Shown: piece by piece, positions 21,478-29,800 of the stretch
Position numbering within the stretch: position 1 is the stretch's first letter
How the letters are laid out: each line of letters starts with the position of its first letter
NCBI GenBank assembly: GCA_965261005.1
Contig: OZ253375.1
Coordinates: 2,560,001 to 2,624,000 of the forward strand
DNA length: 64,000 nt
Reading direction: 5' to 3'
Source of the DNA: Deinococcus sp.
Lineage (GTDB): Bacteria > Deinococcota > Deinococci > Deinococcales > Deinococcaceae
Translations under genes and position numbers: made by a program
The notes under the pieces: model-generated
Told to the model about the DNA's origin: nothing
The model's input: the letters and a program-made list of their open reading frames with translations, nothing else
Databases searched by the model: none

Positions 21478-22244
21478 ACGGGGCGTTTGGCGAGCGAGAA
21501 CTTCAAGGTTGACGGCCAATTGCCGAACCTGATTGACCATCCCGAGCTGCTGACCAGCAACAAAGTCCTGGCCGCCAAGATTCTGGTCGAGGGCATGCGC
21601 GACGGTCAGTTCAGCGGCAAGAAGTTGCAAGACTACCTCTCGACCAAGGACCACAAACAAGACTTCAAGGGCGCGCGCTGGATCGTGAACTCGCAAGACG
21701 CCGCCCAGCACCTCGCGGACGGTGCCCAGGCGTTGTTGGGTGAGTTGGGCGAGATGGAAGCGGACGAGCAGCCGGCGGGAGCGCTGAAGTACAGCGAGGT
21801 CGGCGACGAGCGCAAACGGCAACTCACCAAGCAAAAGATGCGGGCCTGGGGAACGGAGATTGGCGAGGTGAACGGCGTCAAAGCGTTCTTCAATGCCCGC
21901 GACGGCGGCAACCAGGGCAGACACTACTCGACTGATGGCAAGCACTACGACTACGGCCTGAAGTGGCAGTGCGTGGAGTTCGTGCGACGCTACTATTACG
22001 ACGTGCTGGGGCATGAGTTCAGGACCAAGGGCGACGCCCACGGCTACTTCGACCACGAGGTCAAGGATGGTGAAGTGAACGGCGCCCGTGGATTGGTGCA
22101 GTACGGAAATGGGAGCAAGACCAGGCCACAAGTCAACGATCTGATGGTCTTCGCGCCACACAGCAGCAACGGCCATGCTGGACACGTCGCCATCGTGATT
22201 GCCGCCTCCGATGATGGCGTCACCGTCGCCCAACAAAACGTAGA
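21478..22244 (+). repeat. 767-bp direct repeat, copy 1 (end of GH19 plus most of CHAP)
   Basis: Matches 25544..26310 at offset 4066; encoded peptides identical. Confidence 0.95.
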
Positions 22245-22255
22245 TGCTGCGTTCA

Positions 22256-23444
22256 CTGACATATTGCAGTTTAAGGAGCGTGGGTAGGGATGGCGTCTTG
22301 AGCGGCGTCGAGGTCGGCGAGTTCGAGGAGCAGGGCGGCACGGCGCACGTCGGCGAGCAGGGTGAGCCGCAGGGCTTTGGCCAGTTCACCCCAATCCGGC
22401 CACTCGCCAGGTGGCCGTGGTGGCAAGTCGAGATCGGCCAAGTGACACAGCAGGAAGGCCAAGGTCGAGAGGCACCAAAAGCGGAAGGCGCCCTGTTTGC
22501 TGTGCTGGGCAAAGCGTTCCAAACCGAAACGGCCTTTGATGGTTTTGAAGAACGCCTCGATCTTCCAGCGACGTTTGCCTACACGGGCCAGGTAGACACC
22601 GCCCAGTTTGCAGCTGGACATCACGAAACGCTGTTCGGGCTGCGTGTTGCGGTACAGCCAAACCCAAGAGACGGTCATGTGCTGACGCAGTCCTTGAGGG
22701 GTGACGGTCGAGCCACGCACGGTGAGGTCGGCGACGGTGCGGCCATCTGCGAGCTTGCGGTTTTTGCGCACGCCCACGATCAGATCGAACCCAACGTCGA
22801 GGACACCGTGGATGAAGGTGGCACACTCGAAGCCGCCGTCGGCATGCACGCGCGCCTTTCGACCGCTGCTGAGCAACCCCTTGGGAACGCTGCGGAGCAG
22901 TTTAAGGGCCAGCACGGCGGGTGAGGGGGTGCCTTTACCGCGCCAGACCTGGACGGCCCAGGGCAAGCGGAGCGGACCACAGCAGAGGTAGAGGACGACC
23001 AGATGAACGCCGTGGACGCCGTTGTAGACGTGCATCCAGTCATCCAACTGCTCAAAGTGGCCGGTCTTTTCCAAGCTGGTGAGGTCGATCAAGAGTTCGA
23101 GGCGGGGACGCTGGTGGGGAGCTGAGCGCCAGAAGTCGAGGAGCGTTTGCTGAGCGTGGTGACGCAGGGCGCGAACGAGGGAGCGGGTGGACCAGCCGTA
23201 GTGGTTGAGAAACCGGCTGATGGCAGCGGGAGACTTGACGGTGGCTTGACTGGGGAATGGTCGGCCCTTGGCTTCGAGGAGCAAGTCGAGGAAGACGCGC
23301 AACGAGTCGCGGTGCTGCTTACGAGCGAAGCTCTTGAGGATGTCAGAATAGAGTTGTCTGGAACGTGCTTCTTTTGGATTCACACCCCAGCTTGGGGCCA
23401 AAACCGCGTTCCAGACAACCCCTATGAAATCTGCAACATGTCAG
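22256..23444 (-). mobile_element. Insertion sequence, IS701-like DDE element, 1189 bp
   Basis: Terminal IRs CTGACATATTGCAG / CTGCAACATGTCAG; 4-bp target duplication TTCA at 22252-22255 and 23445-23448; family assignment inferred. Confidence 0.9.
22271..23383 (-). CDS. DDE transposase
   Basis: LLIDLTSLEK, HADGGF, RRWKIEAFFKTIK; intact ORF; GTG start inferred. Confidence 0.88.
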   Translation of the reverse strand: MNPKEARSRQLYSDILKSFARKQHRDSLRVFLDLLLEAKGRPFPSQATVKSPAAISRFLNHYGWSTRSLVRALRHHAQQTLLDFWRSAPHQRPRLELLIDLTSLEKTGHFEQLDDWMHVYNGVHGVHLVVLYLCCGPLRLPWAVQVWRGKGTPSPAVLALKLLRSVPKGLLSSGRKARVHADGGFECATFIHGVLDVGFDLIVGVRKNRKLADGRTVADLTVRGSTVTPQGLRQHMTVSWVWLYRNTQPEQRFVMSSCKLGGVYLARVGKRRWKIEAFFKTIKGRFGLERFAQHSKQGAFRFWCLSTLAFLLCHLADLDLPPRPPGEWPDWGELAKALRLTLLADVRRAALLLELADLDAAQDAIPTHAP

Positions 23445-23533
23445 TTCACCCAAGTCCTTACGTTCCAAATATCCTCAGCTGCTCAATGGCATGTCAACTC
23501 CAGAGGTGCTACGGTGCTGGGATGGTTAAGGAA

Positions 23534-24205
23534 ATGAATAAATATAAGCCTTTTATACTGTCTTCTGTAATTGGTTTTTTCTTGATGGTGAGCGCCAGAG
23601 AAAATGAGGCAGTCCCTTTGTATGGGAGCACTATATCAATACTTACTACGGAGTTTTGCAAGAAGTATAAATGTAAAATAGAAGAATCTATAAAGTATGA
23701 CAGATCGAAGACTTTAGGATTTACACAAACGATTAGAGCAACATATCCACCGGACAAATACTCTGGCGCAGTTTCTGATTATAATTGGAACGAATTTACA
23801 GTATATATAGATAAATCCAATCGAAATATTGGAGTGCTTGTGCAATTTATAGAAGACTACAACGGGCAGGTCGTATCTTACGACGATTCCCAATTCGCTA
23901 CTGATTTAACTTATTTAATGGTCGGTAAAAAGTATATTATGCGCCCCAATAGAGGAGACGATATAAGCAGCTTATGTTTTTCCTATCTCGACAAGGATTA
24001 CCAATACAAAGTCCTTACCAAAGGGAGCGTCACTACTTCTTCGGGCGAGAAAAAACCATACGTGGTCTACTGCGATATTCTTCCAGGATCACCTTATCCA
24101 AATATGTTTCCGGTGAATGAAAAGCGTTACAAAGTCAAGCCTATGCTTGAAATCTTCAGCTCTGTGCAGTTTAAGCCGGCCAAGCAGTTCGATCCTAACA
24201 AATAG
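23534..24205 (+). CDS. Putative secreted immunity protein 1 (223 aa)
   Basis: ATGA overlap with the restored toxin stop; signal-peptide-like N-terminus; AT-rich; paralog of 26417..28349. Confidence 0.75.
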   Translation: MNKYKPFILSSVIGFFLMVSARENEAVPLYGSTISILTTEFCKKYKCKIEESIKYDRSKTLGFTQTIRATYPPDKYSGAVSDYNWNEFTVYIDKSNRNIGVLVQFIEDYNGQVVSYDDSQFATDLTYLMVGKKYIMRPNRGDDISSLCFSYLDKDYQYKVLTKGSVTTSSGEKKPYVVYCDILPGSPYPNMFPVNEKRYKVKPMLEIFSSVQFKPAKQFDPNK

Positions 24206-24207
24206 AG

Positions 24208-24546
24208 CATTATCAATTCTGTTACGCGGCCCCGCAAGGGGTGGATGACCTTCAGCCCGGCGACATCCTCTTCTGGGACGTGCCCAAGCAGTATGGTCAT
24301 GTCGCCATCTACGTGGGAGGTGGACAGGTGGCAGGGAATCACTATGCAGTCTATATGAGAAAGCAACGCGAATTTAAAGAACGTGAACAGCCCCTCCCAG
24401 GTCACCCCGTAAAAATGGGCGCCCTCACTGTTTACGATGGCGTAGATTCAAGGGGAATACTTCCCATCGAAAAAGTAGTATCCGCCAAACATCCACCCCT
24501 TCTATTCGCCCGCTTACCCGAAGCTTGGTCTCCGAGGAAGAAGTGA
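24208..24546 (+). pseudogene. Orphan toxin tip: C-terminal half of an NlpC/P60 peptidoglycan peptidase
   Basis: DLQPGDILFW...YGHVAIYVGGG; no convincing start or catalytic-Cys region; stop overlaps the next GTG. Confidence 0.7.
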
Positions 24547-25487
24547 AAGTTTTAAATCTGCTTTTTTTGGGCTGTGTTTTCTCTACTGCCATAGCTCAGG
24601 AGGTGACCTGGAAAGACCTAAACTTCCTTGGGCAGCTTTATAACATAAAGCTGCCCAATCCAGATAGGACTATAAGAATAAGGAAGGGTATAAACGAGTG
24701 GCTTAAAGACCCTAATCTTATTTCCATACCTTATCTTTCAGCACACATACCTCTTCGAGCTGATACTTTACCGGAAATGAATAATAATACGGTATGGAAA
24801 AGGTTTTACAACTATGAGATATTTGCATCAGATAAATAGCATTATGCATCCGGATACAATGTTGAACTAATTAATGGTCCTACTTGTGACCCCAATCCAT
24901 TTAAGGGTAGTTGTGCAGCTGGCTCCTTCTATGCACTTTTTAACGCTCCGGATTTAAAATTCATCCAAAGTGCAGACTCGGTGAAAAAAGAGCCTTTAAC
25001 AGAACGATCAATCCCGATTGCTTATGGTTTAACGGGGTATCTTTCGACTGCCTCTATTGAATGGCTCTATAACAAGGGTTATTACGTTCTTAGTACCCTC
25101 CTCTCTCCCATCGAAAACGTCATCCTCGCCAACGCCTCCAACCCGGACCTCAAGGATCCGAGGGAGCCGAACTACAACAAGCCCTTTGCTGGCACCATCA
25201 GCAAGAACCTGAAGGTCAACATGCAGCTGCGCCGCAGCGGCAAGTGGCTGTGGGGCACCTACTTCTATGACAAGGGCAAGCCCGTACCACTCCAGGACCG
25301 ACTGTACGTCGTCGGAACTGTGGGCAAAGATGGTAGCGCGACGCTCAAGGAGTACGCCTTCGACAACGCCGAGAACAGCGCCAGCCAGTCCGGCACCTTT
25401 AAGGGTAAGCTGAATGACAAGACCTTTTCTGGCACCTGGTCCGCACCGAAGGGCCAGCCTCTGCCGTTTCAGCTCGCGGCGAAGTGA
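24543..25487 (+). pseudogene. Putative secreted immunity protein (314 codons) with internal TAG at 24837-24839
   Basis: Signal peptide MKVLNLLFLGCVFSTAIA; ORFs 24525..24839 and 24981..25487 share a frame that is open across the gap. Confidence 0.72.
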
Positions 25488-25543
25488 CGGCCGGCTGAGC
25501 GTGGGCGCCAAGTGTCTTGGCGTTCTCCCGCGCTCTAGGAAGA

Positions 25544-26310
25544 ACGGGGCGTTTGGCGAGCGAGAACTTCAAGGTTGACGGCCAATTGCCGAACCTGATT
25601 GACCATCCCGAGCTGCTGACCAGCAACAAAGTCCTGGCCGCCAAGATTCTGGTCGAGGGCATGCGCGACGGTCAGTTCAGCGGCAAGAAGTTGCAAGACT
25701 ACCTCTCGACCAAGGACCACAAACAAGACTTCAAGGGCGCGCGCTGGATCGTGAACTCGCAAGACGCCGCCCAGCACCTCGCGGACGGTGCCCAGGCGTT
25801 GTTGGGTGAGTTGGGCGAGATGGAAGCGGACGAGCAGCCGGCGGGAGCGCTGAAGTACAGCGAGGTCGGCGACGAGCGCAAACGGCAACTCACCAAGCAA
25901 AAGATGCGGGCCTGGGGAACGGAGATTGGCGAGGTGAACGGCGTCAAAGCGTTCTTCAATGCCCGCGACGGCGGCAACCAGGGCAGACACTACTCGACTG
26001 ATGGCAAGCACTACGACTACGGCCTGAAGTGGCAGTGCGTGGAGTTCGTGCGACGCTACTATTACGACGTGCTGGGGCATGAGTTCAGGACCAAGGGCGA
26101 CGCCCACGGCTACTTCGACCACGAGGTCAAGGATGGTGAAGTGAACGGCGCCCGTGGATTGGTGCAGTACGGAAATGGGAGCAAGACCAGGCCACAAGTC
26201 AACGATCTGATGGTCTTCGCGCCACACAGCAGCAACGGCCATGCTGGACACGTCGCCATCGTGATTGCCGCCTCCGATGATGGCGTCACCGTCGCCCAAC
26301 AAAACGTAGA
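25544..26310 (+). repeat. 767-bp direct repeat, copy 2
   Basis: Matches 21478..22244. Confidence 0.95.
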
Positions 26311-26413
26311 CGCTACTTTCACTCAAGGCATTCCGTTAATCAAAATATCGTCCCATTCTTGGAAAATAGAAGCACGATTGGCGCCCGTACTAGGATGGTT
26401 GAGAAAGGCATAA
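25544..26413 (+). pseudogene. Orphan toxin cassette: headless GH19-end/CHAP copy with an alternative C-terminus
   Basis: Same as the main toxin to QQNVDA, then TFTQGIPLIKISSHSWKIEARLAPVLGWLRKA; no proper start. Confidence 0.85.
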
Positions 26414-26867
26414 ATTATGCATAAGATCGGCTTGACTTTAGTATTATTTTTGACTGGACTTGGTTACTGCGAAGGCATTTATGGAACAAAGTCCGATATA
26501 GAATTCACTGCTTTTTGTAAAAAGTATAAATGTAAGTTAAAAGAAGACAGAAGCTATATAAGCAATGGAGAGAAGTTGACTCAAAAAACATTCAGCGTAA
26601 CTTATCCTCCAGACAAATATTCGGGTCCGAACCCCGATTTTGATAAAGCAGATTTTACTATTCAGAGAGATAGAGCTAACCAAATCAGGTATGTTCGAGC
26701 AGAGTTTATTGAGTATTACGATAGGAATACTATGCTAAGCTATGGAGACTCGGAGTTTTCTAGAGACTTAGTCTATTTGATGGTCGGTAAAAAGTACGTC
26801 ATGCGACCCAACATGGGAGATGATATGAGCAGCTTATGCTTCTCCTACCTCGACAAAGATGATCAGT

Positions 26868-28139
26868 CTGACGGCCTGACAGATTTTATGAGGGTGAGCG
26901 AAAAACGAGCTTCCAGCCGACTTCGAGCGTGGTCAGTGGGGTAGGACGAGGGCGCTTTCGAGTCCCCAGCGGTTCAGGGTCAGGGCCACCCTGGAGGATC
27001 AGGCGGGTGAACACCGCCTGACCCCGGCTGAGGGCGTACTGAACGGCCCGTAGACCGATTTTGAGATAGCTCAATCCCCGCTGCCAGTGGGGATCAACCA
27101 CTCGGCGAGCGCCGCTGTGTACGGTCTGAAGTCCCTCCGAGACGAGCAGAAGCGTAGCGACCGAGATGACCAAGACCAGCCGCTCCAGGCTGGCCACATC
27201 GCGAAGTTTGGCATCTTCCAGATCGAAGAGGCCGCTTTTCTCGTCCAGAAACCCCTCTTCGATCTGGAAGCGTGCGCCGTACTCGGTAAACGTCTTCACG
27301 CTCGTCGGTTCGTCACTCACCACCTGCCACTGCTCTAGGCCGTCTGTCGGACGGCCCAGAGCGACGTGAACGGAACCGAAGTGCTGTCCAGTCAAGGTGA
27401 TGTTGTGAAAGCAACGGGTCTCTCTGGGCGAAAGTCGCACCTCACCCACCTTGCACAACCGCTGTCCATCTGGAGCAGCCAGAATCAAGCTCGATTTGAT
27501 GCGGATGCGGTAATGCCAGCCGCAGACTCGGAGCCACGCCATCAGTTCCGTATCGCAGAACCCTCGATCGGCCAGCAGGCGAACTTGATGTAGGCCAAGG
27601 AAGTCGAGCATCCCCTTGACTTCGGCCAGCACGGGGAGCAGGTGGGCGGTGCTGACCTGGGCGCTGGAATGTTCAAGGACACGCGAGACCAGCGGAACTG
27701 CTCGTCCCCGAAAGAGCACCGAGACGCGGATCAGGCAAAACTTCTCGAACAGGACGCTGGTATCCAGGGCCAGGATCAGGGGATGTCTGCCCCAGTCGCG
27801 GAGGGCACGGGTGATCAGCGGACCGTAAACACTGGTGGGATCAACGGCTGGATTCTCCAGCCACCGACGAACTCGGCGTTCGCTGCTTTGCGCGAAGGTG
27901 GCACGAGAGTGGATGTGAGGGAGCCAAGCGGGGATAGAGCTGCGCTGGGAGAGCAGCAGGCCGCTGACCATCCAAGCGAGGGTACGCGCATTGCGGATGT
28001 CGTTCCAGAGAGCAGTCTGGAGCTGAGCGAGAACAGCTTGATAGAGTCGGGCAGCGTCCCCGCTGGCATTTTCGGTCTTCACAAACAGAAAGTGTCCCAC
28101 AGCGGGGACGCTTTCTCATACTTTCTGTCAGGCCCTCAG
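26868..28139 (-). mobile_element. IS4-family insertion sequence, 1272 bp
   Basis: 25-bp imperfect IRs CTGACGGCCTGACAGATTTTATGAG / CTCATACTTTCTGTCAGGCCCTCAG; 10-bp TSD GATGATCAGT at 26858-26867 and 28140-28149. Confidence 0.92.
26886..28082 (-). CDS. IS4-family transposase
   Basis: LALDTS, LLADRGF and YREK motif [15 protein letters not shown]; start inferred. Confidence 0.88.
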   Translation of the reverse strand: MKTENASGDAARLYQAVLAQLQTALWNDIRNARTLAWMVSGLLLSQRSSIPAWLPHIHSRATFAQSSERRVRRWLENPAVDPTSVYGPLITRALRDWGRHPLILALDTSVLFEKFCLIRVSVLFRGRAVPLVSRVLEHSSAQVSTAHLLPVLAEVKGMLDFLGLHQVRLLADRGFCDTELMAWLRVCGWHYRIRIKSSLILAAPDGQRLCKVGEVRLSPRETRCFHNITLTGQHFGSVHVALGRPTDGLEQWQVVSDEPTSVKTFTEYGARFQIEEGFLDEKSGLFDLEDAKLRDVASLERLVLVISVATLLLVSEGLQTVHSGARRVVDPHWQRGLSYLKIGLRAVQYALSRGQAVFTRLILQGGPDPEPLGTRKRPRPTPLTTLEVGWKLVFRSPS

Positions 28140-28414
28140 GATGATCAGTACAAAGTCCTCACCAAAGGAAGCGTCACTACTTCTTCGGGCGAGAAAAAGC
28201 CGTATGTGGTCTACTGCGACATTCTTCCGGGATCACCTTATCCAAACATGTTTCCGGTGAACGAAGAGCGTTACAAAGTCAAACCCATGCTTGAAATTTT
28301 CAGCTCTGTGCAATTCAAATCGGCCAAGCAGTTCGATCCCAGCAAATAGTGTCTTCTTCGGCCAGACGTTCTGAAACTGCTTGTAATTAATGAGGTAACG
28401 CTATACAACAAGAT

Positions 28415-28441
28415 GCCCCTCCCAACTTGATAGGGAGGGGC
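28415..28441. terminator. Hairpin between the island end and a convergent gene
   Basis: GCCCCTCCC-aacttgata-GGGAGGGGC. Confidence 0.5.
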
Positions 28442-28469
28442 TGCATTAGAAAGCATCCAGCGCTTTTGC

Positions 28470-29495
28470 TTACTTGTTGCCCAACTGCTTTTGCGCCTGC
28501 TGGGCCGACTGAAGGTGCTGCTGAAGAACTGGCAGGCCCTTGCTGGCGAACTGACGCACATTCTGGTCGCTGGCGTTGGCCTGCTGGCTGTAGGAGCGGA
28601 ACAAGGCGATGGCCGCGCCGTGCGCGTTGATCTGGTCGGCGATGTAGGTAGCGTCGAAGCTGGTCCCGCTCAGGTTCTTGAGCGCCGAGATCAGCTTTTG
28701 CTGGTCGGGGTTGACCTGCTGCGGCGGCTGGGCGTTGTAGCTGGCCGCCAAGGTCTTGAGCTGGTTGCCCAATTGCTGGTGGTCATTGATAATCGTCTGG
28801 GCGAGCTTTTTGACGGCGCTGCTGTTGCTGCGCTGCAAGGCGACCTGTGAACTTTGAATCTCGAACAGGTTGGAGCGCGCCGCTTGGTCGAGAAAGCACA
28901 CCTCCGCCGTGCTGAGGCTGCTCAGGCTGGCGCCCGCCGCCGCGCTGCCCGTCGTGCTGGTGCCCGCCGTACCGGTGGTCGTGGCACCCGTCGTGCCGAC
29001 CGTCCCGGTTGTGCCTGCGGTTCCAGTTGTCCCCGCAGCCGTGCCGGTGGTCCCGGTTGTGCTGCCGACCGTCCCCGCACCGGAGCCAGCGGTTCCAGTC
29101 GTGGCCGTGCCCGTCGTTCCGCCGGCTGTTCCAGTGCTGGTGCCTGCGGTTCCAGTCGTCCCGGTTGTGCCTGTGGCCGTTCCGGTGGTGCCGGTCGTGC
29201 TGCCAGCTGTGCCCGTCGTCCCGGTGGTCGCGGTTCCGGTCGTGCCCGCCGTTGTGCCCGTTGTCCCAGCGGTATTGGCCGTGCCGGTCGTTGCGGTTCC
29301 AGCCGTGCCCGTGCCGGTGGTCGCACTCCCCTGGTTGTTTTGGCCGCTGGCCGCGCCGGTGCGGTCGAGGCAGGAGATGATCTGCTGGCCGTTTTGGGCC
29401 GTGGACCTGCTGGGCGTGGTGTTCTGCTGAGCAAAGGCGACCCAGCCCATGCTCAGGGTGGCGCTGAGGGTCAACACTGCGAGGGATGGCTTCAT
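28470..29495 (-). CDS. Secreted DUF4142 protein with a long Thr/Gly/Ala low-complexity linker
   Basis: Signal peptide; GTTGTA-type repeats; AARSNLFEIQSSQVAL...DH...FDATY...LQQHL. Confidence 0.85.
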   Translation of the reverse strand: MKPSLAVLTLSATLSMGWVAFAQQNTTPSRSTAQNGQQIISCLDRTGAASGQNNQGSATTGTGTAGTATTGTANTAGTTGTTAGTTGTATTGTTGTAGSTTGTTGTATGTTGTTGTAGTSTGTAGGTTGTATTGTAGSGAGTVGSTTGTTGTAAGTTGTAGTTGTVGTTGATTTGTAGTSTTGSAAAGASLSSLSTAEVCFLDQAARSNLFEIQSSQVALQRSNSSAVKKLAQTIINDHQQLGNQLKTLAASYNAQPPQQVNPDQQKLISALKNLSGTSFDATYIADQINAHGAAIALFRSYSQQANASDQNVRQFASKGLPVLQQHLQSAQQAQKQLGNK

Positions 29496-29800
29496 GATGA
29501 ACTCCTTGTTTGAAGGGCGTATATTATCTGTTATGATTAGAGCGAGGCTTTAGAAGCCTGAAGCTGAACAAGAGAAACATTTTTGTTGGTGGCACCTCCA
29601 GCAGACAAGACGTGAGTCAAACCGAAACTTATTTTCTTCCCCGTCCATTTCATAGCCCTAAAAAACAAGTAAACTTAGATTCACCGCTTTGTACGACCAA
29701 GCATGGTTCTAGTGAAGCTGGTTTCATGCTGTAAGCCAGAACCGTCCGGCTCCACCTTTTGGCGGACGCCGGCGCGCCGCTCGCCCGCTACGCTCGGGTC

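Larger units (their letters stand above)
19174..23537 (+). pseudogene. DUF4157-domain polymorphic toxin with GH19-like lysozyme and CHAP amidase domains; in-frame TAG at 19666-19668 and IS insertion at 22256-23444
   Basis: ORFs 19174..19668 and 19687..22287 are in one frame, separated by a single TAG. DUF4157 motif VRVHADS..A.SVQAIAATVG.NIFF...LLAHEVTHTWQQ; GH19 motif GNTEPGDGYKYRGRGFVQLTG; CHAP motif QCVEFVRRY...GHVAIV. Removing the IS restores ...FTQVLTFQ...VLGWLRK* ending at 23537. Confidence 0.88.
26417..28349 (+). pseudogene. Putative immunity protein 2 (216 aa restored), interrupted by an IS4-family element
   Basis: 26417..26867 joined to 28150..28349 is in frame; the last 79 aa differ from immunity 1 at 4 positions; signal-peptide-like N-terminus. 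Confidence 0.85.

Noticed and set aside
21170..22250. Prophage endolysin interpretation of GH19+CHAP
   Set aside because: No holin, structural, integrase or replication genes; the domains are fused to DUF4157 and followed by secreted partner genes.
20257..22512. Long antisense ORFs (also 29681..31522, 56298..57857, 12706..14238)
   Set aside because: Shadow frames of well-supported high-GC genes, with no recognisable motifs.
23147..23533. 5' extension of ORF 23147..24205, and similarly ORF 27642..28349
   Set aside because: Read-through from the antisense strand of the IS elements; the real gene parts start at 23534 and resume at 28150.
21478..26310. The 767-bp repeat as an assembly artefact
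   Set aside because: Each copy continues into a distinct but homologous in-frame tip and its own diverged partner gene; long-read confirmation is still advisable.
28940..29320. Repetitive DNA resembling a CRISPR array or VNTR
   Set aside because: Degenerate in-frame coding repeats, with no constant repeat/unique spacer structure and no cas genes.
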